Assembly: GCA_963704325.1 (NCBI GenBank)
Contig: OY969885.1
Coordinates: 1,868,293-1,932,292 of the forward strand
Length of the DNA stretch: 64,000 nucleotides
Source: an uncultured Chloroflexia bacterium
Lineage (GTDB): Bacteria; Chloroflexota; Limnocylindria; Limnocylindrales; CSP1-4
Reading direction: 5' to 3'
Below are positions 20,981 to 29,588 of the stretch, one piece after another. A model generated the notes under the pieces. That model did no database searches. It was not told the origin of the DNA and saw only the letters and a list, made by a program, of their open reading frames with translations. Made by a program: the position numbers and the translations under genes. The stretch's first letter is position 1, and every line of letters starts with the position of its first letter.

Positions 20981-21835
20981 GTGAGCGGGATCGTCGCGCG
21001 CTACGACGCCGACGCGGCCGACTATGCCCGCTACTGGGGCCCCGTGCTGGAGCAGACCGCGCGCCAGCTTCTCGACGCTGTCGAGCTGGCCCTGCCGGTT
21101 GCGGCACGTCGCGCACAACTGCGCGACGTGCGCATCCTGGACGTAGGTGCTGGCACGGGCACGCTCGCCCTTGCGGCGCTCGAGCGGTGGCCGGCGGCGC
21201 GCGTGATCGCCACTGACGCCGCGACGGGCATGCTCGAGCTGGCTCGCGAGCGCATCGCGCAGCTGCCGGCACAAACGGGCGAGCGGCTCGAGCTACACGT
21301 CGGTCCGGCCGAGAGCCTGCCTCTGCCCGACGCATCGGTCGATGCGGCGATGTCCTCGTTCGTGCTCCAGCTGGTGCCCGACCGGCGCATTGCGCTAACG
21401 GAGATCCGGCGCGTACTGAAGCCTGGTGCGCCCCTCGTCTACGTCACCTGGCTGGACCGCGAGGCGCGCGAGCCGTTCGTGGCCGCGGACGAGTTCGACG
21501 AGGCGGTCTATGACCTTGAGATTGACGAACCCGAGCACCCGGAAGAGCAGTTCGCGGGCGACGTTCCGTCGGCGCGTGATGCGGCAGACGAGCTGCGCAG
21601 GGCCGGCTTTGTGCGTGCCTCTGCGCGCGAGGAGACGCTGGTCCACGATTGGACGCTCGACTCGTATCTCGAGTACAAGCTCGCCTACGACGAGCGATCG
21701 CTGCTCGCGCTGCTCACGGACGACCAGCAGGCAAGCCTCGAGCGCAACGCGCGCGAGCGACTCGGGAGGCTGCGTCCGAGCGACTTCCGCTGGCACGCAC
21801 CGGTCGTCTTCGCGCGCGGCTACGCGCCGCATTGA
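20981..21835 (+). CDS. Class I SAM-dependent methyltransferase
   Basis: ILDVGAGTG, LPLPDASVD, RVLKPGA. Confidence 0.88.
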   Translation: MSGIVARYDADAADYARYWGPVLEQTARQLLDAVELALPVAARRAQLRDVRILDVGAGTGTLALAALERWPAARVIATDAATGMLELARERIAQLPAQTGERLELHVGPAESLPLPDASVDAAMSSFVLQLVPDRRIALTEIRRVLKPGAPLVYVTWLDREAREPFVAADEFDEAVYDLEIDEPEHPEEQFAGDVPSARDAADELRRAGFVRASAREETLVHDWTLDSYLEYKLAYDERSLLALLTDDQQASLERNARERLGRLRPSDFRWHAPVVFARGYAPH

Positions 21836-21839
21836 GGAG

Positions 21840-22832
21840 CTAGGTCGCAGGCACCCCGTAGGAGAGGGCCCTGAAGAGCGTTGCCAGGACCATGCAATGG
21901 TCGCTTGGCCGCGAGCAGTCGACGTGGGTGGAGACGGCCTCGAGCGTTTCGCTCGTGAGCACGTAATCAATCCGGATCAGCCCGAACGGAAGCGCCCGCA
22001 GGGCCGGCGGCCGCCAACTGAAGCCGGGGCCTATACCGGCGCTGCCATGGGCATCCTTGAGGTCTCGCGCGAGGCTCGCGTAGGCCGGCTCTCGCTCGGT
22101 GACGTTGAAGTCGCCCAGGACGATCACGTCGCGCCGCTCCAGCAGGTCGGAGTCGATCAAGGAGCGCACGAAGGCGATGTCCGCATCGCGTTGGGTCGTG
22201 TCCAGCCCGATGGGTACGCGCAGCACTGACTGGAAGCGAGCCGGAAGCGGATGTCCAACGTAGACGACGGCGGAGCCGATCCCGGTTGCCACAACGGCCC
22301 GAATGAGCGGCGGCTCACTCCACGTCTGTTGCTCGAGGATCGTGTGCCGGCTGAGCAGGCCCATGCCCAATACCGTCTGCTCCGGCGCCAGCACTCGATG
22401 CGGATAGCGCGCGGCCAGGGCCGGATCGGACTCGAGCGCGCGCGCCGCCTCGATCCTCAGCTCCTGGATCGCGACCAGGTCAGCGTCGACGCCGGACACG
22501 CCGGCGACTGCTCTGCCCGCCGCGTCGTCGGCGGACAGCATGTTCCAGGTGGCGACGCTCAGTGTTGGGCCTCCGGCGCCACTGCGCGGCAGTGACAGGA
22601 GCGGAGCCCCGTAGCGGATGACGACGACCACGATCAGTACGGACGCGAGCAGCGTGCGCCAACCGACTCGACGCCGGAGCGCGAAGGGGAGCGCAAGCAG
22701 CGCGCTCAGGACGATGTAGGGCTCGAGCACCTCGGTGAGCGCTATCACGCCCGCAGGCTGGGGCAGGAGCATGTGCACGCCGAGCAGAACAAGGACGGCC
22801 GCCACCCACGCGGCGGCAACTCGCGCCAACAC
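21840..22832 (-). CDS. Membrane-anchored endonuclease/exonuclease/phosphatase (EEP) protein
   Basis: TWN, DLVAIQE, GDFN, RIDYV, SDH; N-terminal transmembrane helices. Confidence 0.9.
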   Translation of the reverse strand: MLARVAAAWVAAVLVLLGVHMLLPQPAGVIALTEVLEPYIVLSALLALPFALRRRVGWRTLLASVLIVVVVIRYGAPLLSLPRSGAGGPTLSVATWNMLSADDAAGRAVAGVSGVDADLVAIQELRIEAARALESDPALAARYPHRVLAPEQTVLGMGLLSRHTILEQQTWSEPPLIRAVVATGIGSAVVYVGHPLPARFQSVLRVPIGLDTTQRDADIAFVRSLIDSDLLERRDVIVLGDFNVTEREPAYASLARDLKDAHGSAGIGPGFSWRPPALRALPFGLIRIDYVLTSETLEAVSTHVDCSRPSDHCMVLATLFRALSYGVPAT

Positions 22833-22846
22833 GGCGCGAGGCTACT

Positions 22847-23689
22847 TCACGCGGCGCGGAAGGGCGCGTCCACGGGCCGGCACACGCGGCACGGCCGGTA
22901 GCCGCCGCCGCGCGCCTCGTCGGCCGTGCGCAGAGAAACCCGGTGCGCGGCCGTGATCCGTCGCGCATTGCGACACGACGGGTAGCAGAAGACACCTGTG
23001 GTGTCGGACGCCATGAAGCGCACGCCGTGAGCGGGCAGCCGCTCCAGCTCGCTCGTGTCAAGCCCCTCCGATTCGAGCACGGCGCGTTTCGCCTCCGGCC
23101 CTCCGGCGCCGTATTGGCCGATTCGCCCGTCAGAGCGGACGACGCGGTGGCAGGGCACGACGAACGGCACCGGGTTGCGCGCGAGGGCATTGCCCACCGC
23201 GCGCACGGCCAGCGGGCGACCGATCTCGGATGCCACCCAGGCGTACGGCCTGACTTCGCCGCGCGGGATCTCGAGCGTCTTGAGCAGGACGCTGCGCTCA
23301 AAGTCGGGCAGCTGGGCCAGGTCGAGCGGCACCTTTGCGCTGCGCGCCGGGCGACCCCAGACGCGCGCGTTGATGACCCGCTCGATCAGCTCCGGCGCGC
23401 GCTCGATGAGTCGCACGGGCCGTCCGAAGGCGGAGCGGAACGCCTCCTCGAATTCGCCAGCGTCAGCGGCGCGCTCCACGAGCGAGATGCCGTTGCGCCC
23501 GAAGGCGATGAATAGCGGCCCGATCGGGCCGTCCACCTTGACGTAGGCGTCGCCCAGCCCGAGCCGGTCCAAAACAGCCTGTGCCAATCCATCCGGTGCC
23601 CGGTCGCGAAGGCGCCCCAGGCCTGCGCTGACCACCTTGTCGTGAGCGTCGTCGGGCCTGGTCCGCGAAGTCGGCTGGCGCTGCATCAC
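22847..23689 (-). CDS. Methylated-DNA-protein-cysteine methyltransferase with C-terminal Ada Zn-binding domain
   Basis: RAVGNALARNP...VPCHRV active site, then TTGVFCYPSC...GYRPCRVCRP. Confidence 0.92.
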   Translation of the reverse strand: MMQRQPTSRTRPDDAHDKVVSAGLGRLRDRAPDGLAQAVLDRLGLGDAYVKVDGPIGPLFIAFGRNGISLVERAADAGEFEEAFRSAFGRPVRLIERAPELIERVINARVWGRPARSAKVPLDLAQLPDFERSVLLKTLEIPRGEVRPYAWVASEIGRPLAVRAVGNALARNPVPFVVPCHRVVRSDGRIGQYGAGGPEAKRAVLESEGLDTSELERLPAHGVRFMASDTTGVFCYPSCRNARRITAAHRVSLRTADEARGGGYRPCRVCRPVDAPFRAA

Positions 23690-24279
23690 ATTGCCTCCTG
23701 GCGAAAGGTGTCGCGCTGCTCGGCGTCGTACGCCGCGCGCAACAGCTGGGTTCCTCTATGAACATCCGACTTGACGCTGCCCAGCGGCCTGTGCAGCGTC
23801 TCCGCCAGCTCCGCGTAGGACAGCCCGTCGATGTGGCGCAGGGCGACGGCAAGGCGATAGCGCTCGGGCAGCCCGGCCAGCAGGCGCGACCACATCTGCC
23901 GTTCTTCGCCCCGTTCGGCGACCCGCGACGGGCCGTCGTCAGTGGCGGCAATCGAGTCGCCGAGCTGGGTGATGTCGCTCGTCTGGCGGACGGTGCGAAG
24001 GCTGTTGCGCGCCGCGTTGAGGGCAATGCGCGCCAGCCACGGCCGCGGCCGGAGGGCGCGGACCCGTTCGGGCGGATATCGCCGCAGAGCACGATACGCG
24101 CGCACGAACGCGTCCTGGAAAACGTCCTGGGCCCGGGCGTGGTCGCCCACTACGCGTAGCGCCACTCCGAAAACGAGATCCTGGTGGGCCGCCATCAACT
24201 CGGCGAAGCCGCCGTCCAGGTCGTCCGCAAGCCGCGCGCATAGTGCATCCTCGGCCGGCCGGTCGACTACCTGCTCCAT
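23686..24279 (-). CDS. ECF RNA polymerase sigma factor
   Basis: AQDVFQDAFVRAY, WLARIALN (region 2); LPERYR...LSYAELAETL...SVKSDVHRG (region 4). Confidence 0.92.
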   Translation of the reverse strand: MEQVVDRPAEDALCARLADDLDGGFAELMAAHQDLVFGVALRVVGDHARAQDVFQDAFVRAYRALRRYPPERVRALRPRPWLARIALNAARNSLRTVRQTSDITQLGDSIAATDDGPSRVAERGEERQMWSRLLAGLPERYRLAVALRHIDGLSYAELAETLHRPLGSVKSDVHRGTQLLRAAYDAEQRDTFRQEAM

Positions 24280-24440
24280 GTGCACATCGGAATAACACAG
24301 CGCGCGCGTCAGGGGTTGCACCCTGCGCTGCAAAGCTCAACTTCCGTCACGTTCTCCGAATTCGCAGCCCGTTCTCCGCCGCGGTCGCCGTTTCCCGTCA
24401 ACGCCGCGAGTTTCCACGCAACCGAACCAAGATGGGTCAT

Positions 24441-25090
24441 TCACGAGGCAACGCGGTTCGAATTCGGCACTTCTGACAGAAACCAGATGCCGGCCAGCGG
24501 CCCTGCGGGCTGCCTCAGCCAGGCGCGGACCTCGCGACTGCGCGCCGGGTAGAGCTGGTGCATCGTCTGGGCATGGCGATGGCCACGTGACGCGCCGAAA
24601 TGCCGAACCGGTCCTGGCAAAGCTTGCGCGCCAGCCGAACCTTCACATCGAGCATTCGATTCGTCGCCTCGAGCGAGCCCAGCACAGTCTTCACTTCGCA
24701 TACTGCAACGACCGCCGACTTCTCGTGGAGGCCGAGCAGGTCGATTGAGCCTCGCTCGCCGTATTCCGAGAAGGTCAGCTCGATCGCGATCTGCCAGCCG
24801 CGCGACGCAAATATGCGCGCGGCTCGTTCGACCAGGGCCGCGTGACGCTCATCGAGCAACCGATCAGCTGCGGCGCCGTTGATCAGCGAAACGAACCGGC
24901 CTCGACCACCGGCAGCATCCAGCACTCGCCGCAGGCGGTCGAGCCGGATCTCACCGGCGCGACCGCTCTCGATGCGCATCAAGTCCCGGACTGGCACTCC
25001 GGCCAAGCGCGACAGGTCAATCTGGCGCAGCTGGCCGCGGCGGCGGATCGCGCGCAGCAGCTGGCCGAGGCGTTCGTCATCAGGATGCAC
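24441..25090 (-). pseudogene. XRE HTH plus PD-(D/E)XK nuclease-like fusion, frameshifted near the 3' end
   Basis: HTH LRQIDLSRLAGV...RIESG; E...GSIDLL...EVK. A protein-like tail YPARSREVRAWLRQPAGPLAGIWFL lies in a second frame from about 24580 to 24441. Confidence 0.6.
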
Positions 25091-25175
25091 CCACCAGAGT
25101 CTGGTGTCAGGAGCACATCGGCGGCTTGACGGCGGCTTGTCCGCCGCTTATCGGCTCGCTGCCTGTCTCTCAGCT

Positions 25176-26552
25176 TCAGCTGAGCAGGAAGCCTCCGCCA
25201 AGCGGATCGTGGCTGTCGATCACGAGCGTGGAGTAGCCGGTGACGTGGGCGGTTCCAGCCACGCTGGTGCTGAGCGCGCGATACGGGCCGAGCGCGGTCT
25301 CGGCCTCGATCCGGCCCAGGAAGTGCTCGCCGGTGATGCCGGCGTTGACGATCTGCTGGCCCACGGCCAGTCGCCCCCGGGCGTGGAGCTGGGCGAGGAT
25401 CGCGCTCGTGCCCGAGCCGCACGGTGAGCGATCCAGCTCGGCGTTGGCGAAGATCGTCGCGTTGCGGATGTGCGCGTCGCCGGCCCGTCCGTCGGGTGAC
25501 GATCGCGGATCGAAGTCGACGATGATCGTGCCGTATACGAAGGCGAGTGCCGCGTCCGTTGGATGGGCAGGGGTGTGGTCGCGGCGCAGAACGTCCGTGA
25601 TCGCTGCGCCGGCGCGGCGCAGCGCCTCGGCCTGGTCGGGCACGATGCGCAAGCCAAGGTCGGCCGCGTTGACGATGCCGTAGTAGGCGCCGCCGAAGCA
25701 GATGTCCACGCTCAGGCCGCCCAGCTGGGCGGCGTCTCCATGGAGCGCGAGGCCGTCCGGCCGCACGGTCAGCGACTGCGCGGCGAGATAGGCGGGCACG
25801 TTCGTGAAGCGCACTCCCTGGACCTGCCACGAGCCGTCCGCGGCACGTGCCGTTGTGGCGCTGGCCGTTACGAGGCCGGCCGGCACCTCGTAGCGGATCG
25901 TCGTCAGCGGCTCGCTCGCCGGGTAGAGGCCGTCCTCGATCAGCGCCGTGGTGATCGCGATGATGCCGTGGCCGCACATCGTGCTGTAGCCCTCGTTGTG
26001 CATGAACAGCACGCACACATCAGCCTGTTCGCCGTGCGGCGGCAGGAGGATGGCGCCGTACATGTCGCGGTGGCCGCGCGGCTCGTGGATCACCGCTCTT
26101 CGGATGTGATCGGCGTTGTCGCTCACCCATTGGCGCCGCTCGAGCACCGGCAGATCGGGCACGGCTGGAAAGCCGGAACGGATGATGCGCAGCGGCTCAC
26201 CGGCGCAATGAAGATCGAGCGTCTCGATCGTCGTCCTGGTTCGCGCGGGCGCGCCGCCGATCACAGTGGCCCCATCGCGGGCGGGCGCGGCCTCTTGCGC
26301 GGGTGCGGGCGCGGCCACTGGCGCGCTCCCTGGCGCGGCCTCTCGACCATTCGAAGCGGAGGACTGCTGGTAGCCAACGACGAGCAGCTCGCCGTCATCG
26401 CGCGTCAGCCAATGGTGGCTGACCGGGACATAACCGGCGCCCGCAGCTCGCTGGGCATCGCGCCGGTACCACTCCTCGACCTCGAAGCGCGTGGCTCCCC
26501 GGTAGTGGCGCACGACCCTTTCCTGGCGATCGGCGGTCACGCCCGTGTCCAT
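25176..26552 (-). CDS. Proline racemase/hydroxyproline epimerase family protein with N-terminal extension
   Basis: HCAGEPLR, EPRGHRDMYGA, MCGHG, DRSPCGSG. Confidence 0.9.
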   Translation of the reverse strand: MDTGVTADRQERVVRHYRGATRFEVEEWYRRDAQRAAGAGYVPVSHHWLTRDDGELLVVGYQQSSASNGREAAPGSAPVAAPAPAQEAAPARDGATVIGGAPARTRTTIETLDLHCAGEPLRIIRSGFPAVPDLPVLERRQWVSDNADHIRRAVIHEPRGHRDMYGAILLPPHGEQADVCVLFMHNEGYSTMCGHGIIAITTALIEDGLYPASEPLTTIRYEVPAGLVTASATTARAADGSWQVQGVRFTNVPAYLAAQSLTVRPDGLALHGDAAQLGGLSVDICFGGAYYGIVNAADLGLRIVPDQAEALRRAGAAITDVLRRDHTPAHPTDAALAFVYGTIIVDFDPRSSPDGRAGDAHIRNATIFANAELDRSPCGSGTSAILAQLHARGRLAVGQQIVNAGITGEHFLGRIEAETALGPYRALSTSVAGTAHVTGYSTLVIDSHDPLGGGFLLS

Positions 26553-26561
26553 CGCGAAACC

Positions 26562-27077
26562 CTACGGCCTGATCGCGAATCGCACCCTGCGCCCGATGAC
26601 GAGCCCGGCCGCCAAGCCAACGAGCACGACGAACGCCCACGCCCCTCCGGGCGCTGGCTCGCGGCCGGCGACCGGGTCAATGGCCGAGGCCGTGTCGTTG
26701 AGCGCGACGCGGAACGAGACCGTCGCCTGGCATCCGTCCTGCTCGGAGAACGTTGCCGTCCACCTGCCCGCATCGCCTGTGCGCGATCGAACGGTGAACT
26801 CCCATGGATCGTCAGCGCCCAGGTCGAGCTCGTGGGTGGTGCTCATGGGGCCGCCCTCGAGGGTGACCACGGTGGGCGTGAAGCCGGAGCCGGTGAAGTG
26901 GAAAGCGGTACCGCCTGCGCCCGCGCGCGGCGAAACCTCGACTTCGCAGTGCCCTTCATGGGCGGACGTGGACGCGGCCCCGACGAAGCCGAGCACGAAC
27001 ATGAAGCCCAGGAAGGCCAGCCAGCGGAGGCCCCTCGCTGAGCCGAAAGTACCATCGAGTGTCGCCAGAGGTCCCAT
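26562..27077 (-). CDS. Hypothetical exported protein with C-terminal membrane anchor
   Basis: Signal-like N-terminus, short beta domain (FTGSGF) with two Cys, C-terminal transmembrane helix and basic tail; start uncertain. Confidence 0.6.
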   Translation of the reverse strand: MGPLATLDGTFGSARGLRWLAFLGFMFVLGFVGAASTSAHEGHCEVEVSPRAGAGGTAFHFTGSGFTPTVVTLEGGPMSTTHELDLGADDPWEFTVRSRTGDAGRWTATFSEQDGCQATVSFRVALNDTASAIDPVAGREPAPGGAWAFVVLVGLAAGLVIGRRVRFAIRP

Positions 27078-27196
27078 AACGAAGCGAGGGTAACCCGGAT
27101 TCGTCCTCGAACGCCATGGCTGGACTGGTGCAGAGAGCGCTTTGCGTTGACGGCGGGCACCTTGTCGGGCGCCTGGAGGCGCCGACTCGAGTGGGC

Positions 27197-27925
27197 CTAG
27201 CGGCGTGCGCCCAGAATCCGGCCGACCGCCGGTCGTCCGGCCAGGCGCAGCATCCTGCGCAGCGTCCCCGGCGGAAGGCGAGCGAGGATCTTGACCAGGT
27301 CAGCCAGCTCATCCTCGGGAATGCCGGCCACGGTTTCCAGCAGGCGGTCGAGCGTCTCGTCCTCCTGGCTGCCCAGGACCACGAACAGCTTGCGCAGCGC
27401 GTCAGTGTTGGCGCGCACGACGGCCGACAGGGCGTGGTCGAACTGGCGCACGAATCCGAGCAGCGACTCGACGCGCACGATCAGATCCTCGGCCTGGTCT
27501 GCGGCGCTCAGTCGACGTGCCTCAATGAGGCACTCCTCCAGGATCGCGATTACGGGGTCGCCCTCGCGCTCCTTGCGCGACTGGATCACGCGGCGGAACC
27601 ACTCCCAGTGATCGTCGAGCGCCATCCACGCTCTCCCGGCCGGACCACGCCGACCGCTGCGCCGCGGCTCGTCCGCGCGGCGCACGATGCCCCACTCCTC
27701 GCAGCTCGCCAGCGCGAGGCGAATTGCGCGGTGGCTCAGGCCGAGTGCCTCGCGCAGCTCCGCGTCCGTGACCGGGCCGCCGTGAACCAGCAAGTAGCCC
27801 TGCACGGCCGCAGTCGAGGGCGCAATGCCCCATGCCGCGCCCATCTCGCTCCAGCCCTGCGCGAAGCGGCGGCGTATCTGCTCGACCTCGAGCTCAGTCC
27901 CTGGGTTGGTACCTGTGGGGCTCAT
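27197..27925 (-). CDS. GbsR/MarR-family transcriptional regulator
   Basis: WSEMGAAWGI, ELREALGLS...EEWGIVRR, RKEREGDP. Confidence 0.8.
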   Translation of the reverse strand: MSPTGTNPGTELEVEQIRRRFAQGWSEMGAAWGIAPSTAAVQGYLLVHGGPVTDAELREALGLSHRAIRLALASCEEWGIVRRADEPRRSGRRGPAGRAWMALDDHWEWFRRVIQSRKEREGDPVIAILEECLIEARRLSAADQAEDLIVRVESLLGFVRQFDHALSAVVRANTDALRKLFVVLGSQEDETLDRLLETVAGIPEDELADLVKILARLPPGTLRRMLRLAGRPAVGRILGARR

Positions 27926-27994
27926 TCTGTGTACGCCATGGTATGCAGTTTTGGCTTGCGGACGGACGCGGCACGACGGCTATGCTCGACTGCC

Positions 27995-28864
27995 ATGACT
28001 GACAGAAGCCGAACTGCTCACGACGTAGACCAATACCTCACCGCCACGCTCGGTCTGCACGACGAGGGCTTGAATGCGGCCCTGCGCGCGAGTGACGAGG
28101 GCGGCTTGCCCGCGATCGCCGTGTCGGCGCCGCTGGGCATGCTGCTCCACGTCCTGGCCCGAGCCATTGGCGCGCGGCGCATCCTGGAGATCGGCACGTT
28201 GGGCGGCTACAGCGCGATCTGGCTGGCCCGGGCGCTGCCCGCTGACGGGCGCCTCGTGACCCTGGAGCTGGACGCGCACCACGCGGAGGTCGCTCGCGCG
28301 AACCTTGAACGCGCCGGCCTGACGTCCGTTTCAGAGGTCGTGGTCGGCCCGGCGGGCGAATCGCTACAGCGCATGGCGACCGAGGGCGCGGAGCCATTCG
28401 ACCTGGTCTTCATCGATGCCGACAAGGAGGGCTATCCCGCGTACCTTGAGGGCGTAATGCGCCTGGCGCACCCGGGAACGCTGATCGTGGCCGACAACGT
28501 GGTGCGCGGGGGCCAGATCGCCGATCAGGGCAACACGGACAGTCGTGTGCTCGGCGTGCGCACGTTCATCGAGCTGCTGGCGGCCGATCCGCGCGTCTCA
28601 GCCACGGTCATTCAGACGGTCGGCGCGAAGGGCTACGACGGCGTGGCCGTCGCGGTGGTTCTGCCGCCGACTAGGTGCGCAGGCCGGTGGGGAGCGGCGG
28701 CAGCTCCGTGTAGCGGCGCGCCGGGCGCACGGCGCGGACACCAGCCGGCCGCCGCCGGTCGGGCCGGAAGATGGCCAGCACGCGGCCACCGGCGTGCGCC
28801 GCGGACGGGGCAATCAGGCCACGCCGGCCAGCGCGCCAGAGTGATTCGCCCACGGCCTGGGTAG
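27995..28864 (+). CDS. O-methyltransferase (caffeoyl-CoA OMT-like); C-terminus runs on
   Basis: ILEIGTLGGYS, FDLVFIDADK, ADNVVR, KGYDG; family-like sequence ends near 28665. Confidence 0.88.
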   Translation: MTDRSRTAHDVDQYLTATLGLHDEGLNAALRASDEGGLPAIAVSAPLGMLLHVLARAIGARRILEIGTLGGYSAIWLARALPADGRLVTLELDAHHAEVARANLERAGLTSVSEVVVGPAGESLQRMATEGAEPFDLVFIDADKEGYPAYLEGVMRLAHPGTLIVADNVVRGGQIADQGNTDSRVLGVRTFIELLAADPRVSATVIQTVGAKGYDGVAVAVVLPPTRCAGRWGAAAAPCSGAPGARRGHQPAAAGRAGRWPARGHRRAPRTGQSGHAGQRARVIRPRPG

Positions 28865-29174
28865 CCGGCCACTGCCGCCTGGTAGGGGAGAGGTTGCCCA
28901 GCCCGAGTGCCACCAAGGCTCCGTCCGCCGTCAGATCAGCGATGTTCTCAAGATCGACCGTGAAGCGCCAGGCGTCGCGCGGCAGGCGCGACTGGGGCGG
29001 TACGCCCAGCTCAGACGAGTGGCGATACCACTCGGCCCAGGCGGTCTGCTCGCTGTCAGCGAGATACAGGGCGCGCACTATCTCGCCACGCTGCCAGCGG
29101 CCGTCAGCCGGCTCCGGCGTAAGTGCCAGCGGATCTGTGCCCGGCCGAGCCACGCGCCACCATGTTCCAGCCAC
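28671..29174 (-). CDS. RES-domain toxin
   Basis: WWR, GRW, ALYLADSEQTAWAE, APSAA; lies downstream of an Xre-type antitoxin. Confidence 0.8.
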   Translation of the reverse strand: MAGTWWRVARPGTDPLALTPEPADGRWQRGEIVRALYLADSEQTAWAEWYRHSSELGVPPQSRLPRDAWRFTVDLENIADLTADGALVALGLGNLSPTRRQWPATQAVGESLWRAGRRGLIAPSAAHAGGRVLAIFRPDRRRPAGVRAVRPARRYTELPPLPTGLRT

Positions 29175-29218
29175 CCGAACGACGGGCGGACCGGCTGCGC
29201 GTGTGCGCGGCGACCCGG

Positions 29219-29560
29219 TCAGGAGAAGGAGTCGTTCTCGAGCTCGGCCACGAGTCGCGAGACATCGCGGTAGCGGCCGCCGGCGATGGCATCGAGCGGG
29301 CGCGCGTCATCCAGGCCCACGGACGGCTTCTGCAGCCACAGGCCGATCTGGTCGTCGTCCATCACGGCCGTCAGCCGATCGGCGATGGCCACCAGCTCCA
29401 GCAGCCGGTCGCGATGTTCGGCGCGCGGGCGGCGCGTCGCACGCATCCACGAATTTACCGTGGCCCGCGCGGCGCCGGTCGCTCGAGCGATGGCGGCACT
29501 GTCTATGCCGAAGTCACGGACGCGCTTGATCTCGTTCGAGTAGACAGCCATGGCGCTCAT
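29219..29560 (-). CDS. Xre/MbcA/ParS-type antitoxin
   Basis: HTH IARATGAARATVNSW; C-terminal WLQKPSVGLDDARPLDAI. Confidence 0.85.
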   Translation of the reverse strand: MSAMAVYSNEIKRVRDFGIDSAAIARATGAARATVNSWMRATRRPRAEHRDRLLELVAIADRLTAVMDDDQIGLWLQKPSVGLDDARPLDAIAGGRYRDVSRLVAELENDSFS

Positions 29561-29588
29561 TTGTCACCGAATTGTAGCCGCGGCATCG

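Noticed and set aside
27116-27994. 582-aa ORF suggesting a long extension of the O-methyltransferase
   Set aside because: It is antisense to the GbsR-like gene; a TATGCT box precedes ATG 27995.
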